A DNA stretch of 63,079 bases, counting the filler, from Stramenopiles sp. TOSAG23-3 (lineage: Eukaryota): assembly GCA_900128585.1 (NCBI GenBank). It is 4 parts of 4 records of this genome, joined end to end, with 100 filler letters (N's around TTAATTAATTAA, not from the genome) between each part and the next. Parts side by side here need not be neighbours in the genome. Positions count along the whole stretch, not along the records: positions 20,468 to 40,804 come from LT642380.1; 3 more parts are not named here. One strand, 5' to 3'. Both the position numbers and the translations under genes were made by a program. How positions within the stretch are numbered: the stretch's first letter is position 1; every line of letters begins with the position of its first letter. Shown piece after piece: positions 20,470 through 30,898 of this stretch. The notes below the pieces were generated by a model that saw nothing but the letters and a program-made list of their open reading frames with translations, made no database searches and was not told the origin of the DNA.

Positions 20470-23400
20470 TCTTCTGACTCTACGGTCAGTTGCAGTAAAT
20501 GTCCCGCAGGGAAATCCCAAAAGGACGAAGGGCAAAGCAGTTGCGAAGACTGCAGCGCAGGAAGTGTCACCAACGCATTGGCTAGTACAGGCGCGATATC
20601 ATGTACTCCGTGCCCAGCAAAATCGTTTTCTTTTAATTCCACGGTTGCTTGTACGGTGTGCCCAGCCCCTAATACAACTAACGCCGCTGTTGGTGCAACG
20701 ACATGTTCTGAACCGCATCTTAATTGGACCGATTGTTCAGGTCTTCTTCCGCCAAGTGATCAACCCAATGGGTTTCCCGTGTACCTCCGTGCTGAACTTG
20801 GTCTCATTAGCTTGCCGAAAAGCAGCGAAAATTTATTACTAGTATTGAAAAGGGTAACTAACGGAACAGGAACATCCTGCGTGGACATTCCTGTTGCACG
20901 ATCTTACGATGGGTACATTTGGGAAGGCGTGCCGCCTGAACCTGCAGTTTTGCACCATTGCACGTCACAGAGTTGCCAAATAAATAAACGTAGAAAATCC
21001 TATTTGTTCCGGGTCGACGCGGTAGAAATCGCCCCTCCTGCCAACAGAGGAGACCATGCAATTTCTAAAATGTTCATTCAAAGCACATTCGGGCCAACGC
21101 GAACGGCAATCAATGAATTTCGAGACAAATACGGCCCTGAAACGAACAAAAGTACAGTTCGTAGTTGGATTCATGATCAAGTGCAATTAACACCAACGAC
21201 TTTGCGTAAGTACTATAGGCAAAGAGTAAACCCAAGGATTTCTCAAGTTGTAGCGTCTGCAGGACCACTTGATTTTTGCAGTTCTGGGTCACGTTTTCAT
21301 CGAAATGCATTTGACAATCTTGATCTTTTTAAAAAAATTGATGTCAGTGCATTTGATCCAACACACGGGGTTTACACGCTCGTGGTTGATAAGAAAGTTC
21401 GCACCGTAATTAATAGTCTTACCCAGCCTTTGAAAGCAGAACTTGACATTGGAACTACAAGTTTTATCATTTGCAAGGTGTTAGAATATGTAAATGGGAC
21501 AATGGAATTGGCTCCAAATGGCACGGACTGCAAGAGCAGCACGAATTCTAGGAAATTTAACTATGTGAACGTGCCAATCAATTTAACTTCCGCATCGGCC
21601 AGCGACGTGCAGAATTTTGATGCGACTGATGTCACCGTATTTGATATGAAGGATATGAACGGTTCTAAATACACCGATGCAATAATTATACAGAAATTCA
21701 AAAGCGGTACATGCAAGACCAAGAGTCTGTTAGGGCGAAGTTTTATCAAGTTAAACTACAAAGGAAATGATGGGTATTATATGCATGATCCTCGATTGCA
21801 ATTGATAGATAATTCTTTGGAAAGTCCAGCGAATTTTACGTTGGCTGAGAATACAAGAGTTTCAAACAGAATTTGCCCCGCCGTTCCAAAAACCTTCTTG
21901 AACCGTGATTCTTGCGTCCTTCGTAAAAAAAGTTGTAACCCTCTAAAATTTACAGATGGGCAGCTCCCTTTGAATACTACAAATATCCGCAAATGGTACA
22001 CCGCAGGCCAAAGGTACGTGTACTATATTACCGGATTGAGATTAACAGACCCAAAAAACAAACACAATTACGATTATAGCCCTTGTTTCAAAAATACAGG
22101 GCGTTCACGATGGAAAATTATTTCAACGTCTCCTTGCGCTGGAGGGGGTGTTACTAGTGGACCAAATGAGACATGGTGGAATGAGTCGTACCACACAATA
22201 GCTTCAGCATTGAGTTCGTCTCCTGACACAAATCCTTACATCAGGGACATAGATGTATCAAATGTTTGTGCTGACAAAAACCAGAATAGGCCAGAACTGG
22301 TCGGCGTAAAAGTCGAGGCTGGGGGGAAATGTTGGCAACACATTCACCGCGACGAATACAATGTCTTTGACTTTTCCCACTGGACACTGTTAGGCACCCA
22401 CCCAGGGAATTCGGATGCGTTAAAAGGCGGGCGCACTAATCCAATAAAACGCATTGCGATAAATGGGGGGACTAATTTAATTTTCCCATCCAATCACGGT
22501 ATGGATCGATGGAAAACATACAGGGATGAACGAACCTTTTTCATAAAGTATGTTGGCAGATTAGGGGATTCGGTAAATTTTGCAAGCCTTGAAACGGAAT
22601 TGCAGCTGAAAGATATGGCTGTCGTGGCTAGTGCACTGCAAGATACCCAAGACGACGAGTTTGAAGCCTGTGGAAGTCCGGAAGAAGCTGCGAATGTCCC
22701 AGTATTTGGAAACAAGTACCGTTTTCCAAGCGAGCGTACATTTGGGGGGTTTGATTACAACTTGGAACTAGATTACCCTCATTATAGATTTGGTGGGAAA
22801 CAGATGGTGTTCACAAATGTTGCTTTGAAATCAGCTGACCAATTGCGTCAACGGGTAGCCTGGGCTCTGTCTCAAATATTTGTCATTGGCAAAGAAGGCG
22901 GGGAGCCTATTGAAGAGTGGGTGAATTATTACGACATTTTTATTCGGCATGCTTTTGGAAATCTAAAGGATGTTTTAAAGGAAGTATCGTATTCCCCGAA
23001 GATGGGAGATTATTTATCATCCTTGAAAAACCAAGCATATGCGTACGCCAATAAATTCCCTGATGAAAATTTTGCCAGGGAAGTTATGCAACTTTTCTCA
23101 ATAGGATTGTGGGAGCTCAACCAAGACGGCACATATAAATTGGATAGCAATGGCGAAAAACAGGAAACGTATACAAATAAAGATATCGTTACCTTTTCAA
23201 GGGTGTGGACCGGTTTTGATGTTCAATCGAATCGGGGAAACTATGAAGCGGAGAAAGGGTACCTTGGTGGTAATAAAATTGACCCAATGCAAATCAAAGC
23301 TGAATGGAAAGATAAACTTCCAAAAACTAAATTAGGCACAGGGTATCTTGGGGATGGCTACCCACTTTGCAACGATTTGCCGAAACGACATTTTTTGGCA

Positions 23401-26400
23401 CCGGGCGCAACGTACGTTTACACTGGACCTGTTTCAGACGAAGCAGTACGTGACGGCTTTCCTCTTGCAGCAGCAAATGAAGGGGGTAGTATCCTGGGTC
23501 AGTTTAAACCTTCAAACGTAAGTTCCCCCCTTTACAATATGCTTTGCAAACGCGTTCAAGGTGGGGCATGCACATTTCCTAGAAGAATAGTACTTAATGA
23601 AACTCTGGATTGCAATGGAGACGAATGCAAAATGGAATATCTTCGTGTCGTAAAGATGTTCGATCAATTTTCTGGGAAGACGGTGTACTACACATACAAT
23701 CGACGATCTTGTGTGCATTTGACTTTCTTCTCAAACGGCAAAGTCACAGGAAAAGCGGGCACTAACCCCTTACAATCACAGTGCGCCAACCCTAACTCAA
23801 CCGCCGCTCAGGTTACTTGCTGCGATTCTAATACTAACATAAACGGGAGAAGCGGGACGGCTATTAATGCAGCACAGTTGAATGAACGATGTATGTTTGT
23901 GGGAGAAAAAATGACGTACGATACGGCTGTCTCAAGATGCGAACAATCGGGACTTTCTGTGTGTGCTATGAAAAATAAAACTAATGATGATTGGACAGAT
24001 TGGAATAATGGTGGTTCATGGAAGGCGTGGGGGTTTACCTGTGCCCGATATGCACGTTCGTGGCTTTCAGACCCGTGCCAAGTCAAAGTACAAGTAGATG
24101 CCAGTGGCCTTGTTAATATTTACGACCCAATAAACAGCGACCACGATACTCCGATTTCGAATTCCAGAATCTTGAATTTTAAAACAAATTCAAAAAATCA
24201 ATTCCATGTTGATTGGAACAATAACCAGTTTCCATTAGCTGCAAATGGGTGCGGTGATGGTTGTGTTATAGAGAGCACAACGACATGTTTGTGTGATATC
24301 GTCATCGAAAATTTGCCTGTAATTTCAAATTTTAGTAGCATCTCTTCTAAGGAAGAGTTTGAAAGCCAAATTTCCGTTGGCGCGGTGGACCCAAACTCTT
24401 TACCAAGTGGAGAGTACAATTTATGCACAAGCAACCTCTGTAAAAACAGTGCCATGCCTAATGTCAATGTGTACTTTCAATCGGGGACATCGTCGTTTAC
24501 GACAGACACTATTTTTGAGTTTCCTTCAAATTTTGCGGGAGAAACGAATTTGTATTTCAAAAATAAAAAATCGTTTGTCTACGTTAGTGGATCTTCCTTC
24601 AAGTTCCGCAACCCTCCTCACTTTATGCCCTTGCTCGGAGAGACGTTTAATTATAAAAGTCACGAGGGAACACCAAGCTCGTTTGATGTACCGGCTGCTG
24701 AAGCTGAAATAGACGCCTTGATCGATCACCTTTTTCACCATTCCAACACTGCTCCTTTTGTGGCACATCGAATAATTCAGCGCCTTGTAACATCTAACCC
24801 ATCGCCGCGATATGTAAAAGCTGTGTCGACTGCGTTTGCCACAGGCAAACACGACGGTGTGACGTACTCTGGAAAGTACGGTGACTTGGGAGCCACAATT
24901 GTAGCTATATTACTAGACCAAGAGGCCTTGTCGCTGACCCTTCAAGCCGATCCTAGTTCAGGACGCATGCGAGAACCACTGCTTAAAATTATGCATTTTA
25001 TTCGCGCCATGGAGTATACGTCTGTAGACAGTCGAGAAATAATGTTGCGGGAAATGCAAAAGAAAATAGGGCAAGAATCATTTAGTGCCCCGTCCGTGTT
25101 CAGTTTTTTTCTGCCAGAGTATGTACCACCCGGCCCTATCGGAGATGCATTGCTGTTCAGTCCGGAAACTGAAATATTAACAACTCCTCATTTGATTTCA
25201 TACGTGAACGGCATGCTTAGTTTTATAAATTACGGTTTGACGCATTGCCACCATGGGTTTGGTGACACAGTAATTAGAGATCAGGCAGGATATGGAGAGC
25301 TTAAGAAGAAGAACTATTGTGGCAAACTTAACGCTCATATTGGCGCAGACGGATCGTTTCAATTTAAAAGTCTAAGTGGTGGGGCCTTAGCAACGGTCGA
25401 AGAAATGGACACCCTAATCACACAAGGGAGACTCAGCGACCATAATTTCCAAGTTATTCTTGATGCATACCGCGAGTCGGCAAACTCCGACGAGGCAATG
25501 GACTTGGCATTAAAATTGTTTATGCTGGCACCAGAATTTCACACAACGAGTAATAATAAGTTGACGTCGTCCATGCGCCCCAAACCATCTATCGCTGTGT
25601 CACAAAATCGAACATACAAGGCAGTAGTGGTAATATTTCTAAATGGAGGGGCGGATTCGTTTAATATATTGACGCCTTACCCGAATTCTAACTGCGCCAC
25701 AGTATCCAACGGGCAGGATTTATGGTGGGATTATGAAGATATCAGGTCGGATATGAAACTCAAAGCAAATGAACTTCTTAAAATAGACGAACCTAGCGGC
25801 ACCCAACCATGTGATGCGTTTGGAGTAAACAAGAAATTGAGCAAATTGAAAGACCTGTACAATGACGGGGACGCAGCATTTATTGCCAACATGGGCGCGC
25901 TTGTTGAACCGGTGACAAAAGAAGACTTTGTGAAGAAAAGAAAACGTTTACCACCAAATTTATTTTCCCACAATGTTATGCAACGGTCTATGCATAATGT
26001 TCATGCCCAAGATGCTGCTGCAAAAGGAGTATTGGGGCGTATAGTGGCAGCCATTACAAAAACACAGACCGAAAACAATGTCGAGCACCTTCCTTACAAA
26101 GCACAAATGTATAGCATGCAAGGTCAGATGAAAATTTTAGAGGGATCAAAACTAGTGCCGAACTTGGTTGGGAGAAATGGGGTGGTACGAATGAATAATG
26201 ATGGATACAATGAACTAGTTTCAAAAATAACAAATATGACAGATAAAGTGTCACAAAATATGTTTCCCGAGACATATTCTCAAATTCTTGAATCAAGTCT
26301 TGAGCAAACGGAATATTTGGGAAAGATGCTTGACAATGCCCAACTTGATACGACGAATTGGGCAGACGATACAATAAGCTTACAAATGAACCAAGTTGCG

Positions 26401-26916
26401 AAGATCATGAAAATGCGTTCCGAGCTCGGAAACGAACGTGATGTCTTTATGTTGAAACTGGGAGGCTGGGACACCCACAGTGACTTGAAAGAAGATTTCA
26501 ATGAACAATTAACGAAAATCAACGATGCGCTGTCAAAGTTCCACGAAGAAATAAAAACTAAACAGGGCCTTTGGGACAATGTTACAATTGTGTCCATTTC
26601 CGATTTTGGGAGAACGCTAACTTCAAACGGGAAGGGGACCGACCATGCCTGGGGTGGAAATTACTTTATCGCCGGGGGAGGGGTGAAAGGGAAAAACATT
26701 TTTGGAAAATATCCTGAAGAACTTGGTGCAAATTCTGACCTCAACCTTGGACGTGGTAGAATACTTCCAACAACCAGTTGGGAAGCAATGTGGAATTCTA
26801 TTGCGCAATGGTTTGGAGTTGTGGATTCAGAGATGGACACAGTGCTACCGAATAAAAAAAATTTCCCTTCCAGTGATATTTTTGATAAAAATGACTTGTT
26901 TGAGGGATGGGCCTGA
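20470..26916 (+). CDS. DUF1800-DUF1501 fusion protein with N-terminal Cys-rich (CxxCPAG) repeats and Cys-rich inserts; 5'-truncated
   Basis: Frame is open back to the contig edge (SCSKCPAGKSQ...CEDCSAG...CTPCPAK). DUF1800 motifs DQLRQRVAWALSQIFVI, PDENFAREVMQLFSIGL, NTAPFV...LVTSNPSPRYV, GRMREPLL and APSVFSFF. DUF1501 motifs YKAVVVIFLNGGADSFN, GGWDTHS, SDFGRTL and GTDHAWGG. Confidence 0.88.
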   Translation, partial: SSDSTVSCSKCPAGKSQKDEGQSSCEDCSAGSVTNALASTGAISCTPCPAKSFSFNSTVACTVCPAPNTTNAAVGATTCSEPHLNWTDCSGLLPPSDQPNGFPVYLRAELGLISLPKSSENLLLVLKRVTNGTGTSCVDIPVARSYDGYIWEGVPPEPAVLHHCTSQSCQINKRRKSYLFRVDAVEIAPPANRGDHAISKMFIQSTFGPTRTAINEFRDKYGPETNKSTVRSWIHDQVQLTPTTLRKYYRQRVNPRISQVVASAGPLDFCSSGSRFHRNAFDNLDLFKKIDVSAFDPTHGVYTLVVDKKVRTVINSLTQPLKAELDIGTTSFIICKVLEYVNGTMELAPNGTDCKSSTNSRKFNYVNVPINLTSASASDVQNFDATDVTVFDMKDMNGSKYTDAIIIQKFKSGTCKTKSLLGRSFIKLNYKGNDGYYMHDPRLQLIDNSLESPANFTLAENTRVSNRICPAVPKTFLNRDSCVLRKKSCNPLKFTDGQLPLNTTNIRKWYTAGQRYVYYITGLRLTDPKNKHNYDYSPCFKNTGRSRWKIISTSPCAGGGVTSGPNETWWNESYHTIASALSSSPDTNPYIRDIDVSNVCADKNQNRPELVGVKVEAGGKCWQHIHRDEYNVFDFSHWTLLGTHPGNSDALKGGRTNPIKRIAINGGTNLIFPSNHGMDRWKTYRDERTFFIKYVGRLGDSVNFASLETELQLKDMAVVASALQDTQDDEFEACGSPEEAANVPVFGNKYRFPSERTFGGFDYNLELDYPHYRFGGKQMVFTNVALKSADQLRQRVAWALSQIFVIGKEGGEPIEEWVNYYDIFIRHAFGNLKDVLKEVSYSPKMGDYLSSLKNQAYAYANKFPDENFAREVMQLFSIGLWELNQDGTYKLDSNGEKQETYTNKDIVTFSRVWTGFDVQSNRGNYEAEKGYLGGNKIDPMQIKAEWKDKLPKTKLGTGYLGDGYPLCNDLPKRHFLAPGATYVYTGPVSDEAVRDGFPLAAANEGGSILGQFKPSNVSSPLYNMLCKRVQGGACTFPRRIVLNETLDCNGDECKMEYLRVVKMFDQFSGKTVYYTYNRRSCVHLTFFSNGKVTGKAGTNPLQSQCANPNSTAAQVTCCDSNTNINGRSGTAINAAQLNERCMFVGEKMTYDTAVSRCEQSGLSVCAMKNKTNDDWTDWNNGGSWKAWGFTCARYARSWLSDPCQVKVQVDASGLVNIYDPINSDHDTPISNSRILNFKTNSKNQFHVDWNNNQFPLAANGCGDGCVIESTTTCLCDIVIENLPVISNFSSISSKEEFESQISVGAVDPNSLPSGEYNLCTSNLCKNSAMPNVNVYFQSGTSSFTTDTIFEFPSNFAGETNLYFKNKKSFVYVSGSSFKFRNPPHFMPLLGETFNYKSHEGTPSSFDVPAAEAEIDALIDHLFHHSNTAPFVAHRIIQRLVTSNPSPRYVKAVSTAFATGKHDGVTYSGKYGDLGATIVAILLDQEALSLTLQADPSSGRMREPLLKIMHFIRAMEYTSVDSREIMLREMQKKIGQESFSAPSVFSFFLPEYVPPGPIGDALLFSPETEILTTPHLISYVNGMLSFINYGLTHCHHGFGDTVIRDQAGYGELKKKNYCGKLNAHIGADGSFQFKSLSGGALATVEEMDTLITQGRLSDHNFQVILDAYRESANSDEAMDLALKLFMLAPEFHTTSNNKLTSSMRPKPSIAVSQNRTYKAVVVIFLNGGADSFNILTPYPNSNCATVSNGQDLWWDYEDIRSDMKLKANELLKIDEPSGTQPCDAFGVNKKLSKLKDLYNDGDAAFIANMGALVEPVTKEDFVKKRKRLPPNLFSHNVMQRSMHNVHAQDAAAKGVLGRIVAAITKTQTENNVEHLPYKAQMYSMQGQMKILEGSKLVPNLVGRNGVVRMNNDGYNELVSKITNMTDKVSQNMFPETYSQILESSLEQTEYLGKMLDNAQLDTTNWADDTISLQMNQVAKIMKMRSELGNERDVFMLKLGGWDTHSDLKEDFNEQLTKINDALSKFHEEIKTKQGLWDNVTIVSISDFGRTLTSNGKGTDHAWGGNYFIAGGGVKGKNIFGKYPEELGANSDLNLGRGRILPTTSWEAMWNSIAQWFGVVDSEMDTVLPNKKNFPSSDIFDKNDLFEGWA

Positions 26917-27055
26917 GGAGGGTAGTATGTTTCAGATATGAAACACGTCAAACGACCAATGCTGTTATAATTGTGCTCATATATGTACGGGGGTGTAATA
27001 TTCATAGTCTAATATATACGAACGTAATACCAAAATACCAAACTAATTATTCCTA

Positions 27056-27240
27056 TCATATAGCAATATCAACAAATTGCGTGTACGGGAGACGTCCATC
27101 TTCATCCTTCTCTTTCGCACCGTCAGGGTAGGCTTGTAGGAGCATGCGAGCAATGTCTGGTAGCTTGTTGTCGATGGCACGGTGCAGCGGGAGTAGTCCA
27201 TCTTTAACCTTCTCTTTCGCACCGGTACACTGCCGCAGAG
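27056..27240 (-). pseudogene. Relic of an ankyrin-like repeat gene
   Basis: About 1.5 repeats, GAKEKVKDGLLPLHRAIDNKLPDIARMLLQAYPDGAKEKDEDGRLP, with no convincing start or intact context. Confidence 0.6.
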
Positions 27241-27647
27241 CCAGGCAATAAAAAAAACAATTTAGCCGCTGTTTGAACTCCGGGAAATGGATTCTACAGC
27301 TACCTCCGCTAAGTAACTCCGAGCGCTTCACCGGCCGAGTTTTTCAGACGCTGGACCCAGTTCCAGAGACGCTGATAACCTACTCCCCCCAACAACAAAT
27401 GAGTCGTACAAAATTGAAACGTATTATTTGTACTATATATAATAATTATTTTATATATATATACATGTAATACTATGCATGTATAATTTATTACATTATG
27501 CATTTTGGAACATTTTAATATTTGAACTTACTGAAATCATTTTTTGATTGCTAAATAGAAGAAAAGGTTCCTTTTATACATAAAAAATAATTAAAATATG
27601 AACAATCGCCGACCCCGGCCCTTTAGGCTGCTCTCGCTTGTGCTGGT

Positions 27648-28877
27648 TCACTCCACGTCCATGTCCCGCCGCTCCGTTTTCTCCTCCGCGGTCGTGGATC
27701 CTTCAGGGGAGCTGGGCTGCGACCTCATTGGGACATAGTGAGTGAACCCCATGTGCCGACTGATCGACGGGAACACCTCCCCAACGGAGGGGCGGCGCTT
27801 TTCCGAAGGGCTTGGGGTCGTACCAAAGCTGTGGTCGGGTCCCACCGAATGAGGGTTCGCAAAGTGGTACCTGTTCAAGTACTGCCGGATCCTGCTGTCA
27901 ATGTCCTCCTTTTCCGATTCTTCCTTTCGCATCACCGCGGCATTTTCCCCAACGACGGCGGAATTTTGTTTCGTCTCAGATGGGTACGACGCGTCGCCGC
28001 AGTTCCCTGACAGCATCCGTTCGATACTGACGATCCGGTCTACAATGCTCGGGAGTGTGGCGGGGCCGGTACGGGCGCGGCGGTAGGCGCCCCTCCCCTT
28101 CCCGCGCTTAACGACCTTGGCCGGTCGAACAGGGCCCATCTCTTCGCCCTTAATGTCTTGGATGTTCACCCGATATTCGTCCTCTTCCTCGGTCGATTCG
28201 CTACGTTCCAATCTGTCAAGCATCGTGTTGCCTAGGCTCCACGAGAAGAATCCCATCAGGTTCTTCGAAAGCAGGTCCCCGATCGCGTGGAACAGCGCCG
28301 ACTGTCGAAACGTGATCACGGCCCCGTACTCTGGCCCGAGTGAGAATAGGACGGGAAATATCAACCAAGTGATCATCAGAAACTGCAGCAGGCGTTTCCG
28401 TTCGGGGAACATCGGCAACGACTTCACATTCTTGGTCCCGCTGATTCTGATCAGCTCCACGTACAGGGAGCCCGCAGCGACGAAAGCGAGGCCGTAGCAG
28501 ACGTGTTTCAGTGGCCCCCAATAGATCGCGCTCAGGATTCCAAAGATTGTCGTCCACAGGTTGAGGAGCCACGGGAAGGCGATCATTCTGAAGTCGCGCT
28601 TCCCGGCAAGGAGGCAGATGACGTTGGACAGCAACACGGGGCACGTGGTCAGCCAAGACATGTACCGAAGGATGGGGATCGCCCCGTTGATGTTGGTGTA
28701 CTCCTCGGGCAGCCCCATGAGCAGCGAGTACAGCACGACTTCGATCCCAACGACGTAGATGATTTCCCAGTCCACTCGCGACTGGCCTTGCCACTTCTGG
28801 TACCCGTAGAACACGAAGGACATGAAGGACACGATGAAGACCATGAACTGGACCGCGGTGTGGAGGTGGACGAGCAT
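27648..28877 (-). CDS. Channelrhodopsin, probably anion-conducting (ACR-like); 409 aa, 7TM plus ~190-aa cytoplasmic tail
   Basis: ATG 28877 in ACCATG context. TM1 QF...S...FYGYQ, TM2 WEIIYV...IE, TM3 LRYMSWLTTCPVLL, TM4 FGILSA, TM6 WLIFPVLFSLGPE and TM7 HAIGDLLSKN (retinal Lys205) all parallel ChR2 motifs. Confidence 0.93.
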   Translation of the reverse strand: MLVHLHTAVQFMVFIVSFMSFVFYGYQKWQGQSRVDWEIIYVVGIEVVLYSLLMGLPEEYTNINGAIPILRYMSWLTTCPVLLSNVICLLAGKRDFRMIAFPWLLNLWTTIFGILSAIYWGPLKHVCYGLAFVAAGSLYVELIRISGTKNVKSLPMFPERKRLLQFLMITWLIFPVLFSLGPEYGAVITFRQSALFHAIGDLLSKNLMGFFSWSLGNTMLDRLERSESTEEEDEYRVNIQDIKGEEMGPVRPAKVVKRGKGRGAYRRARTGPATLPSIVDRIVSIERMLSGNCGDASYPSETKQNSAVVGENAAVMRKEESEKEDIDSRIRQYLNRYHFANPHSVGPDHSFGTTPSPSEKRRPSVGEVFPSISRHMGFTHYVPMRSQPSSPEGSTTAEEKTERRDMDVE

Positions 28878-30188
28878 GGTTGGCTGTTGGTTGGTTGGTC
28901 GGTTTGTTTTCGTGTGTTTCGTTTGTGTGTTTATTTTGTACGTTTGTGTTGTTCTTATTTTTGTGCTGGTACCAAAGAAAACTTTCTCGTTGTGTTTCTT
29001 CTCTAAGAGGGAAGCGCAGAACGTGGCCCCACCCGGGAGTACAAAGCGGTGTACAAACCCGTTGTCTGGGGGGTTGTTAACAAAGTGAGTTGTGGTTGCA
29101 AACACATACGCTATATCGAAGTGGCACGCGCTCGATGACGAAGCATTCGGTTCCACAGCCTGTGGCAATACCCATATAGAAAGACCCGAAAAAATGGAGA
29201 TATTTTTATACAGGCGCGTATGAGAGTGAGTGGTGAGAGACAACACCATGGGGTATAATTTTTCTTCTTCTTTTTATTTTACTTAATGCTGTGTGTATGT
29301 GTATAATACATAAAAAAATTATGGCGATAGGTAAAAAAGAGGAAATTTGTATTCTAAAAACTAGGTATATTTTGAAAGTTATGAATGAGGGCTCGAAGGT
29401 CAAATGGAATATGAAAGAATTAGTACAACTATTTCCTATCAAAATAATTTTCAAATACAAATATTTCTTGATGATTTTTTTATACCCCATCGACCAAACC
29501 ACTGATGAAAAAAATTGCCTTCTTCTCTCCTCTTCTTGGCTTGGTTCTTTTTTTTTGGTCGAAATAAATACCCAAAACCCAAACCATAAAAAAATAAAAA
29601 TAAAATAAGTGTTTGCTTCATTCATTCAGGAATCTAAAATCTAACGTAATGATATATAGTGTTAAAAGTTAAATAAAAAGTGATGATGAATGAATGAATG
29701 TTACTTATATTAATACTTAGACTATAATTATTATACGAGGATGATGTCCTCGTATTTAGTTATATTTATTATAAGCAAAATATAATAAAAATTTCAATCA
29801 TTTTTATTTTTAAAAAATAAATAAAAAGCCAACCTCCTCTTAAATTTTTTTTTATAATTCAACAGAGGAAATATTTGTCCCAATTTGATCCATGCTGTGT
29901 ATATGTATTTTATTGTTTATTTTACCTTTAAAAAAGCCCCGGCGGCGGCGCGGCGTGGCGCGTGTGTCACCACCGTCCTCTTTCGTCATTCGCACTTCCC
30001 TGCACTACTAATTTCTCACTTTCCGAAAAATCCAGGGCCCCTCGTCTCAGAAACTTTACGTACAGAGTTCATGAATTATCGTGTAAACTATTTGTCTTTA
30101 CCCCAACGTTCTATCAGTAAAAAACAAACTAGCTCAAATTCACCCTACCCTTCCTTTACAAGTCATCCCTCACCGCCTTTCCGAAAAT

Positions 30189-30683
30189 ATGATACAAGCT
30201 GGAGAGTCCTACGTCGACTCGGACTCCGGGGAAGTCGTAAAGATCAAGTCCATCAGCCCCCCCGCAAAAACAAACCTAAAGTCTATTCGAATCGTCACCG
30301 CGATGGACGCACAAAATCAGCCCATCGTTTATCGAAGAGAATGGTACCCGACTATCGACAGTTCGGGCATGCCCGAATTCGAAGATTTCGAGCACGGCAA
30401 AAAGTACCTCGTGCAGAATGCAAAGAACGGGGACGTGGAGCTTCTCCGTGTGGAATCCACGGAGACCATGGTCGAGAACGAAGAGTCCAAGGTCGCCGTA
30501 GTCACAGGGTCCGTGTATAGACTGGACGGCGTCTTTCCGGTCACGTTTACAAAGAAGTACTTTCACGACGGCGTTTCCACTTGCTGTTACACCATTGTCA
30601 AGAAGCAGGTCACGGAAATGCCGTTCTCCGAGCGGTTCACAAAGTGCGGGACCGGCCTCGGAAGGCGCATGTCGATTGTGTGA
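30189..30683 (+). CDS. Hypothetical 164-aa beta-rich protein, divergent from the rhodopsin gene
   Basis: AAAATATG start, C/G-ending codon bias like neighbouring genes, AT-rich flanks. No recognised domain. Confidence 0.65.
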   Translation: MIQAGESYVDSDSGEVVKIKSISPPAKTNLKSIRIVTAMDAQNQPIVYRREWYPTIDSSGMPEFEDFEHGKKYLVQNAKNGDVELLRVESTETMVENEESKVAVVTGSVYRLDGVFPVTFTKKYFHDGVSTCCYTIVKKQVTEMPFSERFTKCGTGLGRRMSIV

Positions 30684-30898
30684 TACTGCCTCGATCGAAA
30701 ATTGAAAAAGAAATGTACATAGTTGCAAATTTATGTCGTTGCAGTTACAGTCCGTAAAAGTGCCTTTGTTTGAACCATTCCATTTTTATGGGTCTCGTCC
30801 ATATAAAAAAGTAAAGCGCGTTGTAAAAGTTTGTAATTTAATTAAAACCTCCAAAACAATATTTAACTTCTTAATAAGTTCTAATTTTACATATCTTA

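Noticed and set aside
27648-28877. Rhodopsin as a proton pump, K+-selective channelrhodopsin or enzyme rhodopsin
   Set aside because: It lacks the DTD/DTE TM3 motif, has ChR-type WE..YV, TCP and DL.SKN motifs, and has no catalytic domain in the tail.
28878-29249. 124-aa N-terminal extension of the rhodopsin given in the ORF track
   Set aside because: It has low-complexity UTR-like sequence ((CCAA)n, A/C-rich) and no domain features. The ATG at 28877 has good context and directly precedes TM1. An upstream start cannot be fully excluded.
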